A stretch of DNA of 32,000 nt, from the NCBI GenBank assembly GCA_041662745.1, contig JBAZRV010000005.1, positions 60,001-92,000 on the forward strand. The letters are read 5' to 3'. Positions 19,163 through 27,077 of this stretch are shown in pieces. Every line of letters begins with the position of its first letter. Position 1 is the first letter of the stretch. The DNA comes from Patescibacteria group bacterium (GTDB lineage: Bacteria > Patescibacteriota > Patescibacteriia > 2-01-FULL-39-33). The notes beneath the pieces are model-generated. The model was not told the origin of the DNA. It worked only from the letters and a program-made list of their open reading frames with translations, and searched no databases. Made by a program: the position numbers and the translations under genes.

Positions 19163-19555
19163 TTAATCTTTGGTTTGCTTTTTTCCTTCATACTCCTTGA
19201 CTGCGGCGGCCAAAGCGTCGTGCGCCAGAATGGAACAATGCAATTTGGCTTCCGGCAATCCGTCCAATTCATTGGCAATATCCAGCTTGCCGACTTTCAG
19301 GGCTTCGGCAATGGTCTTGCCCTTAACCATTTCAGTCAACATGGACGAGGTGGCGATTGCGGCGCCGCAACCCAAGGTTTCAAATTTGATATCCTTAATG
19401 ACATCCTCGCCTTGCTTATCGGCTTCCACTTTGATGTAAACCTTCATTACATCGCCGCAGACCGGATTGCCGACCTGCCCGACGCCGCTGGCGTTTTCAA
19501 TGACGCCTTGATTGCGGGGGTGGGAAAAATGATCCATGACTTTTTCTGTATACAT
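19163..19555 (-). CDS. iscU: IscU/NifU-like Fe-S scaffold
   Basis: VMDHFSHPRNQGVIENASGVGQVGNPVCGDVMKVYIKV; GCGAAIATSSMLTEMVKGKT; KLHCSILAHDALAAAV. Confidence 0.95.
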   Translation of the reverse strand: MYTEKVMDHFSHPRNQGVIENASGVGQVGNPVCGDVMKVYIKVEADKQGEDVIKDIKFETLGCGAAIATSSMLTEMVKGKTIAEALKVGKLDIANELDGLPEAKLHCSILAHDALAAAVKEYEGKKQTKD

Positions 19556-19561
19556 ATTTAA

Positions 19562-19948
19562 TTATATTAAATTGCTTAGCTTATATTTTTTTAGCGTCTT
19601 AATCACATCGCCTTGCACTTGGAGCCAGACGCGGCGAGTCAGGCAATTTTTGGTTGAACAATTGCTAGACATGCATTGATTGACCGCCACTGAACCTTCC
19701 AACGCCTCCACGATCTCCAATAAGTTAATCCGGCCGGCGGAACGCGACAAAGCATAACCGCCTTCGGCGCCCTTGATACTTTTGACCAATTTGGCTTGCT
19801 TCAGCTTGGCAAACAGCTGTTCCAAATAAGACAATGACAAACCGGTAACTCGGGCGATTTCCGCCAAAGAAATCGGACGTTGAGCCTGATTTTCAGCCAA
19901 AATTACCAAAGCCTTAAGCCCATATTCGGTTTTAGTGGTAAACAGCAT
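19562..19948 (-). CDS. Rrf2-family (IscR-like) transcriptional regulator
   Basis: TKTEYGLKALVILAENQ; ISLAEIARVTGLSLSYLEQLFAKLKQAKLVKSIKGAEGGYALSR; Cys cluster CMSSNCSTKNC. Confidence 0.92.
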   Translation of the reverse strand: MLFTTKTEYGLKALVILAENQAQRPISLAEIARVTGLSLSYLEQLFAKLKQAKLVKSIKGAEGGYALSRSAGRINLLEIVEALEGSVAVNQCMSSNCSTKNCLTRRVWLQVQGDVIKTLKKYKLSNLI

Positions 19949-19984
19949 AATCGTTTAATTCCTACTAAATTACTTGGTATTAGT

Positions 19985-20013
19985 ATTATAGCAACATAAA
20001 AACCGGCTGTCAA
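19985..20013 (-). promoter_or_regulatory. Consensus sigma70 promoter of the Rrf2-iscU-nfu-iscS operon
   Basis: Minus strand TTGACA - 17 nt - TATAAT. Confidence 0.88.
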
Positions 20014-20023
20014 GAGCCGGTTT
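19996..20023 (-). terminator. Rho-independent terminator of the 20032/20882 genes, overlapping the isc promoter
   Basis: Minus strand AAACCGGCT-CTTGAC-AGCCGGTTT followed by TT. Confidence 0.8.
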
Positions 20024-20031
20024 ATAATAAG

Positions 20032-20895
20032 CTATCTGCTGACAACAATCATCACTTTCCGCCCCTGGATCATTTCGGCGTCAGTCATGCCATCGGCGGC
20101 CAAAAGCGGATTCCAATCATGCACGGCGTTCAACAATGTGGCATAGCCATAGCGATAACCATTGCCCTTTCTGGTGCCGGGATCATTGGTCACAAACTCG
20201 CTGCCGGTCCAACCCTTAATTACCAACATATGATAAATCGGGCCCGGCGCTTTAAAATTGGGATTACCCAGCAAACGGCCGGCGGCCGGAATCAGAACCA
20301 AACGGCCCTTAAAAATTTCCGTTTTTATCCGTTCCGTTGTCACTTCAGAAACTATTTCGGCTTTTAAACCGAAATATAACTGCAGTACGGTAACGGTTTC
20401 CTCGGCAGTCAGATCAACCTGGTAACCCTTGCCCGATTCCCATTTGACCAGCTTCTGAATTTCTTCTTCCATAATGCTTTCATCCAAAGGCTGAGTCTTA
20501 TAAAACCTGTCGGCCATAATCATGGACGCCTCCTCGCAGGCCTCTTCATGCAAGGCGTCCCAGTTGGCAAAAGGAGCTTGCTGGGCAAAACTGACATTCA
20601 ATTGATAACTCTTGGGCATTGACTGGGCCGGAACGGCAACCGTTCCAGTTTGAGTCGGCTTGGTTGCGATCGGCCGAGTGACGGACTGAGCAGCGGGTTG
20701 AGAATTTTGGGTCGCTGGAGCGGTAAGATTTGAACTGTCCGAAACAGCTGTTGCCGGCGTTGCCGTTGAAAGAGCCGTGATCGGCGTTGCCTGCCTGTCA
20801 CAACCGGCCAAACCAAAAATCATCAGGCTGATGATGCCGAAAACAAAAATATAAAAATTGAAAATATTTTTCTTCATAAGTTTAACATTGTTCAC
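20032..20895 (-). CDS. Lipoprotein with C39-like peptidase domain
   Basis: Lipobox-like IFGLAGC; NVSFAQQAPFANWDALHEEACEEASMIMADRFY...HMLVIKGWTGSEFVTNDPGTRKGNGYRYGY, Cys ... His ... Asp arrangement. Confidence 0.8.
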   Translation of the reverse strand: MNNVKLMKKNIFNFYIFVFGIISLMIFGLAGCDRQATPITALSTATPATAVSDSSNLTAPATQNSQPAAQSVTRPIATKPTQTGTVAVPAQSMPKSYQLNVSFAQQAPFANWDALHEEACEEASMIMADRFYKTQPLDESIMEEEIQKLVKWESGKGYQVDLTAEETVTVLQLYFGLKAEIVSEVTTERIKTEIFKGRLVLIPAAGRLLGNPNFKAPGPIYHMLVIKGWTGSEFVTNDPGTRKGNGYRYGYATLLNAVHDWNPLLAADGMTDAEMIQGRKVMIVVSR

Positions 20896-21559
20896 TATGA
20901 CTTTCTTGTGAGGTAACTATATCAGTCGCCGTACTGCCGGACACTTGTACCGTGCCCAAGTAAAGAGTTTCAGTGCAACATTGCCCATCCATAAAACGGA
21001 AATCATACTTGCTGCTGGCGGTTTCCGTCAGCATAATGCCGTTAAGCTGCTTGATCTTATTATAAACCTCCAAATCGGTTTTCAGCGAATATTTTTGCCG
21101 CAAAAATTCAGCCAACCCCTTATTATCAGCAATCATGCTCTGGATCGCCACTTCCGGTACGGTTATGGCCGAGCCGTAACAGATGCCCGGTTTATATTTA
21201 TCAACCAAATGCATTTTGGCAATCAGTTGCGGGGTGATTACAAATTTGCTCTCAACCGGAACGGAGGCCGAACCGGAACTGCCGGCCAATGCCTGAGCCA
21301 AACTCTGATCGGGATAATAGCGCTTAACCTCGGCCGGCGCCGGCGCGCTGGAATCGGAGGCGGGAACTGTCGCGAGCGACTGGTTAATTGCCGGCGATCC
21401 GACTGCCGGCGCGGTTACTGCCGGAACAGAAGCGGTTGCGGCGGATTGCCGTTCAACGCCGGCAACGGTCAAATCTGTCGGTTTGAATTTTTGATAAACG
21501 CCAAAGCCGATCATTAGAACACACAAAAAAATTATGCTTAAAGTTATAACGTTTTTCAT
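20882..21559 (-). CDS. Secreted/membrane-anchored protein of unknown function
   Basis: N-terminal TM VITLSIIFLCVLMIGFGVYQ, Ala/Pro/Ser-rich linker, C-terminal Cys-containing domain; overlaps the 20032 gene by 14 nt. Confidence 0.7.
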   Translation of the reverse strand: MKNVITLSIIFLCVLMIGFGVYQKFKPTDLTVAGVERQSAATASVPAVTAPAVGSPAINQSLATVPASDSSAPAPAEVKRYYPDQSLAQALAGSSGSASVPVESKFVITPQLIAKMHLVDKYKPGICYGSAITVPEVAIQSMIADNKGLAEFLRQKYSLKTDLEVYNKIKQLNGIMLTETASSKYDFRFMDGQCCTETLYLGTVQVSGSTATDIVTSQESHSEQC

Positions 21560-21626
21560 AGTAGTGTTACTGCTTATATTATAACAAAAAACCTATAACT
21601 TGGTAATAGCTATTATTCATACATCA

Positions 21627-21660
21627 AAACCCCGAGGCAGCAAGAGGCGTCGCGGGGTTT
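21627..21660 (-). terminator. Terminator downstream of uvrA
   Basis: Minus strand AAACCCCG...CGGGGTTTT hairpin followed by TTGATG. Confidence 0.75.
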
Positions 21661-21680
21661 CTAATTACCCAAATTATATT

Positions 21681-24242
21681 TCATTTCAAATATTTTCTTA
21701 AATAATCACCGGTCAAGCAATCTTTCGCGCCGGTAAGCTGTTCGGGCGTACCCTTGGCTACGACTTTACCGCCATTATCCCCGCCTTCCGGTCCCAGATC
21801 AATCACCCAGTCCGCTTCTTTGATGATATGCATGTTGTGTTCAATCAAAACGACACTATTACCCTTATCAATTAATTTATTTAAAGCTTTAAGCAATAAT
21901 TCAATATCATGGTAATGCAAACCGACCGAGGGCTCGTCCAATAAGTATAAAGTTTTAGCGCCCAAGGTGTGCGTCAATTCGCGAGCCAACTTAATTCTTT
22001 GCGCTTCACCGCCGGACAGGGTGGTGGCTGACTGGCCTAATTGCAGATAACCCAATCCGACTTCTTGCAAAACCTTAAGTTTGTCGGTAATCAGATATTG
22101 GCCGTCAAAATAATCAATTGCTTCGTCAATCGTCAATTGTAGAACTTCGGCGATGTTTTTGTTCTTATATTTGACCTGCAATGTCTCGCGGTTGAATCTT
22201 CTGCTACGGCAAACCTCGCATTCCACCAGCACGGCCGGCAAGAAATGCATTTCAATCAGATTGAATCCGGCGCCGTCGCAAGACTCGCAACGTCCGCCCG
22301 GACGATTGAAAGAAAAGCGCGAAGCAGTGTAAGCGCGTTCGCGGCTGGCCGGCAGCTGGGCAAAAAATTCGCGAATCGGCGTAAAAATTCCGGTATAGGT
22401 GGCGGGGTTGCTTCGCGGCGTCCGGCCGATAGGCGACTGATTTACGATAATCACCTTGTTAATGTATTCGCTGCCGATAATTTTGGCCACACCCCTGATT
22501 TCTTTCCGAAAACCGTGCTTGATTTTCAGTAGATTTTCATATAGGGCATCATAAAGCAGGGTGGACTTGCCGCTGCCGGACACGCCGGTAATGGCAATGA
22601 ATTTCCGCAAGGGAAACTCCACATCAATACTTTTCAAGTTATTGATCTTGGCGCCGATAACCTTGATGGCTTCAGCTTCCTTAAGGCGGCGGCTGCGATC
22701 CAGGTTGATTTCTTTCTCCCCGCGCAAATATTGCAATGTCAAAGAATCGGGGTAATCTTTGCCCTTAAGCAGTTTTTTGGTTTCCCCGACGGCCGTCACT
22801 TCCCCGCCGTGGCGTCCCGCCAAAGGTCCCAAATCTACCAGATAATCCGAGGCCATAATCGTCCGCTCATCATGTTCCACCACGATAACGGTATTATTCT
22901 GATCCCGCAATGATTTTAGGGTTTCAATCAGTTTCTCCGTATCCCTTTCATGCAGGCCGATAGTCGGCTCGTCAAGAACATACAGGGTATGGGACAAATG
23001 CGAACCGATCTGGGAAGCCAGGCGGATTCTCTGAGCCTCGCCGCCTGATAGCGTCTCAGCCTCGCGATCCAGCGTCAAATAATTCAAACCGACCTTAAGC
23101 AAGAAATCCAAACGGGCGCTGATTTCATAAACTACGGTTTCGCCGATAGTCTTCTGACGTTCAGTCATTTTGTTGTAATATTCGGAAAAAAACTTCTGGG
23201 CTTTATCCAGAGACAACGCCGAGGTCTCGGCGATATTTTTGCCGTTGACCCGCACCGACAAGGCATTTTCATTCAAGCGCAAGCCATGGCAAGTCAGGCA
23301 CTCCTCCACGATGCGTTCGTATTTGTTGCCGTCATCATCTTCGTCGGTTTTTTCCCTTTCCACCCATTTTTCTTTCCGGCCCAAACCGTGGCATTCGGGG
23401 CAGGCGCCATGCGGACTATTGAATGAGAACAGGCGCGGCTCCACTTCAGGGAAGGCAAAACCGTCATTGGGGCACGTCCAATTGGAAGACAAGAGGATCT
23501 CCGCCGGTTCTTTATCTTTCTGATTAAAAATCACGCGCACCAAACCCTTGGCATGATCCAAGGCGCTTTCCACGGCTTCAGTCAAACGCGTTTCATCTGC
23601 TAATCTGACTTTATCAATAACAATATCAATGGAATGTTTTTTGTTCTTGCTCAGTTCAATACGTTCGCGTAAAGAATTAATTTTGCCATCCACGCGCGCC
23701 TCGCCAAAACCCAGGGCCAAAAAATCATACAGCATCTGATAATATTCCCCTTTCCTATCCACCACCACCGGCGATAAAATCATAATATTATCCGCGCCCG
23801 ACTCTTCGGCTTTGTTTTTGATGATTTCTATCATCTCATCCAAAGACATCTTAGCGATCTTAGTGCCGCAAACCGGGCAAAATACTTCGCCCAAGCGGGC
23901 ATACAGGACCCGCAGGTAATCGTAAATCTCGGTCAAGGTGCCCACGGTGGAACGGGGGTTATGCGACAGGGCTTTCTGGTCAATACTGATAGCCGGCGCC
24001 AAGCCGACAATTTCGTCCACATCAGCCGGCTTCATTTGGCCCAAAAACTGCCGGGCATAAGGCGACAGCGATTCAATATAACGCCTTTGGCCTTCGGCAA
24101 AAATCGTATCAAAAGCCAGCGACGATTTGCCGCTGCCGGACACGCCGGTCATGACCGTCAACTTGTTATGCGGTATTTCCAACGAAATATTCTTTAAATT
24201 GTGCACCCGCGCGTTGCGGATAATTATCTTATCTTCAGTCAT
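21681..24242 (-). CDS. uvrA: Excinuclease ABC subunit A
   Basis: Two ABC modules: [40 protein letters not shown] x2, zinc-finger [22 protein letters not shown]. Confidence 0.98.
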   Translation of the reverse strand: MTEDKIIIRNARVHNLKNISLEIPHNKLTVMTGVSGSGKSSLAFDTIFAEGQRRYIESLSPYARQFLGQMKPADVDEIVGLAPAISIDQKALSHNPRSTVGTLTEIYDYLRVLYARLGEVFCPVCGTKIAKMSLDEMIEIIKNKAEESGADNIMILSPVVVDRKGEYYQMLYDFLALGFGEARVDGKINSLRERIELSKNKKHSIDIVIDKVRLADETRLTEAVESALDHAKGLVRVIFNQKDKEPAEILLSSNWTCPNDGFAFPEVEPRLFSFNSPHGACPECHGLGRKEKWVEREKTDEDDDGNKYERIVEECLTCHGLRLNENALSVRVNGKNIAETSALSLDKAQKFFSEYYNKMTERQKTIGETVVYEISARLDFLLKVGLNYLTLDREAETLSGGEAQRIRLASQIGSHLSHTLYVLDEPTIGLHERDTEKLIETLKSLRDQNNTVIVVEHDERTIMASDYLVDLGPLAGRHGGEVTAVGETKKLLKGKDYPDSLTLQYLRGEKEINLDRSRRLKEAEAIKVIGAKINNLKSIDVEFPLRKFIAITGVSGSGKSTLLYDALYENLLKIKHGFRKEIRGVAKIIGSEYINKVIIVNQSPIGRTPRSNPATYTGIFTPIREFFAQLPASRERAYTASRFSFNRPGGRCESCDGAGFNLIEMHFLPAVLVECEVCRSRRFNRETLQVKYKNKNIAEVLQLTIDEAIDYFDGQYLITDKLKVLQEVGLGYLQLGQSATTLSGGEAQRIKLARELTHTLGAKTLYLLDEPSVGLHYHDIELLLKALNKLIDKGNSVVLIEHNMHIIKEADWVIDLGPEGGDNGGKVVAKGTPEQLTGAKDCLTGDYLRKYLK

Positions 24243-24264
24243 TTTTTTAAATTATTTTTTTACG

Positions 24265-25080
24265 CTACGTCAACGGGCTTTTGATATTCCTGATGCTCGG
24301 ATTAGTAACATGAGTATAAATTTGCGTGGTGCGGATATTCTGATGCCCCAAAAGTTCTTGCACATAACGAACATCAGTGCTGTTTTCTAACAAGTGGGTG
24401 GCGAAACTGTGGCGCAAACTGTGAAAAGTTGCTTCCTTCTTGATGCTTGACTTTTCAAGCACTTTGGCAAAAATCGCCTGTAAAGTTCTTTCCGTCAATT
24501 TTCCGCCACGTTCACTCTCAAACAGATAGTCATTGCCCGAGCGATCACTGATAAGCGCGGCTAATTTACTTTTAATTTTTTCCGGAACAATCGTCAAGCG
24601 ATCCTTTCGTCCCTTGCCCTGATCCACCTTAAGCGTCAACTCATTAAGAAAAACGTCTTTGATTCTTAAATTAACTGCCTCACTGACTCTAAGTCCGGCG
24701 CCATAAGACAAAGCCAAAATTAGCTTATGTTTCTCATTATCGGTGTTGCTTATCATCAGATTTATTTCCTCCCGGCTCAAAACCACCGGCAACCGCTTAT
24801 TTTTTTTGGCTAATTTAAAATCAATATGTTGAGGCTTTTTTAGAATTTCGCGATAAAAAAACTTAATAGCGTTAAGGCACAAGTTGATCGTCTGAGGGGA
24901 ATAGCCTTTTTCCTGCTTGATTAAAATAAACTCTTTAATTTTAGCGGAATCCGCCGCCATGGGGTTGTCATTTACAAAACATAGAAAGTCATTCAGATAA
25001 TGAATATAACTATTGATGGTCTTTCGGCTGTAGTTCCTGATTTTTAGCTCAATTATTGTTTTATCCGAATAACTTTGCAT
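24265..25080 (-). CDS. Xer-like tyrosine recombinase
   Basis: [19 protein letters not shown] (Arg), KGRKDR (Lys), [13 protein letters not shown] (HxxR), [15 protein letters not shown] (His, Tyr). Start MQSYSDK preferred over the 25170 start because a promoter maps between them. Confidence 0.93.
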   Translation of the reverse strand: MQSYSDKTIIELKIRNYSRKTINSYIHYLNDFLCFVNDNPMAADSAKIKEFILIKQEKGYSPQTINLCLNAIKFFYREILKKPQHIDFKLAKKNKRLPVVLSREEINLMISNTDNEKHKLILALSYGAGLRVSEAVNLRIKDVFLNELTLKVDQGKGRKDRLTIVPEKIKSKLAALISDRSGNDYLFESERGGKLTERTLQAIFAKVLEKSSIKKEATFHSLRHSFATHLLENSTDVRYVQELLGHQNIRTTQIYTHVTNPSIRNIKSPLT

Positions 25081-25117
25081 AAATAGGGTAAAAAGGCTAT
25101 AATTTATATGTAAATTG

Positions 25118-25146
25118 ATTATATCAACTATTCGTAAAATAATCAA
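25118..25146 (-). promoter_or_regulatory. Promoter for the Xer-like recombinase
   Basis: Minus strand TTGATT - 17 nt - TATAAT, placing transcription start about 30 nt before ATG 25080. Confidence 0.65.
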
Positions 25147-25168
25147 TATCCACACATTATACGAAAAC

Positions 25169-25197
25169 AATTCGCATAAGCGCTAGTTATGTGAAAT
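25169..25197. promoter_or_regulatory. dif-like Xer recombination site (candidate)
   Basis: AATTCGCATAA / GCGCTAG / TTATGTGAAAT. Arms are inverted repeats matching at 9/11 positions; the right arm matches the E. coli dif XerD arm (TTATGTTAAAT) at 10/11. Confidence 0.6.
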
Positions 25198-25231
25198 CTT
25201 AAAAAAACAAACTTTTTATTAATTTAAACTT

Positions 25232-25540
25232 ATGAAACCGTGGTTTAAAAATGGCTGCTGGGGAGTAGCCGTCGCGACGATCTTAGCTTTAGCCTCATGG
25301 ATAATTTGTATTATTGTTTATGCCCCTGATTTTAAATATTGGGCACAACCGCTTTGGTTATTCTTTTCATTTCCCGGGGCAATCATTATCGGAGTCGCTA
25401 TGTTTCTGATGTTTGACTACTATCCCCCGCGCATAATAGATTCATTTTCATTAATTTTAAGTACGGCTATTTCAATGGGAATTTATTTCTTATTTGGCCT
25501 CTTTGTTGGTTGGATAATTAAAAAAATAAAAACATGGTAA
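25232..25540 (+). CDS. Small multi-TM membrane protein
   Basis: 102 aa, three hydrophobic segments (GCWGVAVATILALASWIICIIVYA; WLFFSFPGAIIIGVAMFLMF; LILSTAISMGIYFLFGLFVGWII). Confidence 0.65.
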   Translation: MKPWFKNGCWGVAVATILALASWIICIIVYAPDFKYWAQPLWLFFSFPGAIIIGVAMFLMFDYYPPRIIDSFSLILSTAISMGIYFLFGLFVGWIIKKIKTW

Positions 25541-25623
25541 ATATCGGGATTATAATTTTAGTTATCTTGATAGTGGCCGGCGCAATAATTATGGGTATGA
25601 GGGAAGATAAGCATAACCCATAA
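25534..25623 (+). CDS. 29-aa single-TM microprotein, not in ORF track
   Basis: ATG 25534 overlaps the end of the 25232 ORF: MVNIGIIILVILIVAGAIIMGMREDKHNP*. Confidence 0.4.
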   Translation: MVNIGIIILVILIVAGAIIMGMREDKHNP

Positions 25624-25696
25624 AATACTAAAACACGTCGGCAACATTGGCAAAATCAACAAGATGGATTGACACAGATCATCGTTCCGCCTTGTC

Positions 25697-25725
25697 TTGA
25701 CTTTTTTACTTCTCTTGGCTATAAT
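25697..25725 (+). promoter_or_regulatory. Near-consensus promoter for the 25814 small-ORF cluster
   Basis: TTGACT - 17 nt - TATAAT. Confidence 0.8.
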
Positions 25726-25813
25726 AAATAATCAGAGCAAAAAGAACCTTAAAATCCAAATAACCCATGGTAAGCGACTTTTTAGATCAATGCCACATGG
25801 AAGGAGGTTAATA

Positions 25814-26263
25814 ATGAACTCCAAGATTTTCAAAAAGCCGTATATCAAAGTGGAAATCACCGACACTGCCGTGTCGGGCAGTATGTTGTTTAGAAAACTG
25901 GGATCATGGTGCGAGGCGGAATCGTCGGTTCTAATGTGGGAAACAACCTACGAAGAAGCGCCCCTGCAACAATACTTTGCCACTACGGGAAGCAATGCGG
26001 GGAAAAAAACTGATACTGCCGGCGGTAATTGGAGAATTGAATTCCAATTTGTCCGAGTCAACACTGGCGCTGAAAGAGGGTTTTTTGATGGCGCGATTAT
26101 CATTGCCGGATTCATCAAGAACACTTTGGAAGCGACCAACGATGAATCGCAACCGGCTTATTTATTATCAATTAATTCCCGATCATTGAAGGGCGAGCAA
26201 ACATTCTTATCCGCCCCCGATCTCTGGAAGACGCTCACTAATTTGGGAGTGAAAAAAACTTAG
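25814..26263 (+). CDS. Hypothetical 149-aa protein
   Basis: ORF track 25697-26263 begins inside the promoter; true start likely ATG 25814 with SD AAGGAGG. Predicted beta-rich soluble protein, no recognised family. Confidence 0.75.
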   Translation: MNSKIFKKPYIKVEITDTAVSGSMLFRKLGSWCEAESSVLMWETTYEEAPLQQYFATTGSNAGKKTDTAGGNWRIEFQFVRVNTGAERGFFDGAIIIAGFIKNTLEATNDESQPAYLLSINSRSLKGEQTFLSAPDLWKTLTNLGVKKT

Positions 26264-26338
26264 GACATTTTTGAATCAAAAAGAGGAGAATTATACCCGA
26301 ATCATTGCTAAAAATACGGGGGCAATAATATTCAATTC

Positions 26339-26482
26339 GTGGAATACCCTCATGATCATCCTAATTACTATGATAGCATCAGTGAAATCCATTGCCAGAA
26401 TTGCGACCGACGTTTCGGCCGTTGGTCAGGCAAAGAATTAAAAGAAGGCGAATGCGAGAAACCTTATAGTAAGGAGAATTAA
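26339..26482 (+). CDS. Small Cys-containing ORF without ATG (possible GTG start or remnant)
   Basis: VEYPHDHPNYYDSISEIHCQNCDRRFGRWSGKELKEGECEKPYSKEN*, ending 2 nt before ATG 26485; not in ORF track. Confidence 0.4.
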   Translation: MEYPHDHPNYYDSISEIHCQNCDRRFGRWSGKELKEGECEKPYSKEN

Positions 26483-26484
26483 AC

Positions 26485-26775
26485 ATGACTAAAAAAAGGT
26501 TCATTGAACTGCATGGCCAATCTGCTTGGGACCTGCTAGTGGAGACGATTGAACCGCCGTTTGCCTGGATGAAAAAATTTATGCCCAGTGACGACAAAAT
26601 GTCAGAACGCGGTCACAAAACCGTTATGCGGCTTCTTGAACGGCTCGGCATAGTCGAAGCAACTGGCCTTAATGAGGCTGAACAAAAATCATGCGAAAAA
26701 GACTTAGAAATTGCCCGATTAGAAAAAGAAATAAAGAAATTGCGAAAACAACTTGAGCAAGGTGACCGACTATGA
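26485..26775 (+). CDS. Hypothetical 96-aa protein with C-terminal coiled coil
   Basis: SD AAGGAG upstream; C-term EKDLEIARLEKEIKKLRKQLEQ. Confidence 0.75.
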   Translation: MTKKRFIELHGQSAWDLLVETIEPPFAWMKKFMPSDDKMSERGHKTVMRLLERLGIVEATGLNEAEQKSCEKDLEIARLEKEIKKLRKQLEQGDRL

Positions 26776-26843
26776 CTAAAACTCAATTTGAAGTCCAAAG
26801 ATGGCAATACTTTAATCAATATAACAACCAAGGAGGACTCTAA
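26772..26843 (+). CDS. 23-aa ORF, ATGA-coupled to the 26485 gene
   Basis: MTKTQFEVQRWQYFNQYNNQGGL*; its 3' end encodes the AAGGAGG SD of the next gene. Confidence 0.35.
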   Translation: MTKTQFEVQRWQYFNQYNNQGGL

Positions 26844-26845
26844 TT

Positions 26846-27037
26846 GTGAGTAAACCGAGATACACTCAATGGATAGATGGCGAGGGTTGGACAGGAATTA
26901 CTCGGAAAATCCAGGGCCGGCCAGATGTTGCTATTGGTGTCATAACCGGCGCCTGCCATTCTATAAAAGACTTAATCAAAATGTTACAAGAAGCCTATAA
27001 AATGGGGTTAGCGGATGGAAAAAAATTAAGACAATAA
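26846..27037 (+). CDS. Hypothetical 63-aa protein (GTG start)
   Basis: MSKPRYTQWIDGEGWTGITRKIQGRPDVAIGVITGACHSIKDLIKMLQEAYKMGLADGKKLRQ; SD AAGGAGG. Confidence 0.65.
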   Translation: MSKPRYTQWIDGEGWTGITRKIQGRPDVAIGVITGACHSIKDLIKMLQEAYKMGLADGKKLRQ

Positions 27038-27052
27038 GCACTTTAACCAAAC

Positions 27053-27076
27053 ACGGCACCCCTGCCGTGTTTTTTG
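27053..27076. terminator. Rho-independent terminator ending the small-ORF cluster, convergent with cysS
   Basis: CACGGCA-CCCC-TGCCGTG followed by TTTTTT. Confidence 0.88.
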
Positions 27077-27077
27077 C

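Noticed and set aside
25114-25147. ATTGATTAT ... ATAATCAAT perfect inverted repeat as a recombination core site
   Set aside because: A 16-nt spacer is too long for a tyrosine-recombinase core, and the repeat is largely explained by the -35 and -10 elements of the recombinase promoter.
24265-27076. Classical integron (intI, attI, attC array)
   Set aside because: No attC-like repeats were seen between the ORFs, and the recombinase looks Xer-like; no second dif-like site was found either.
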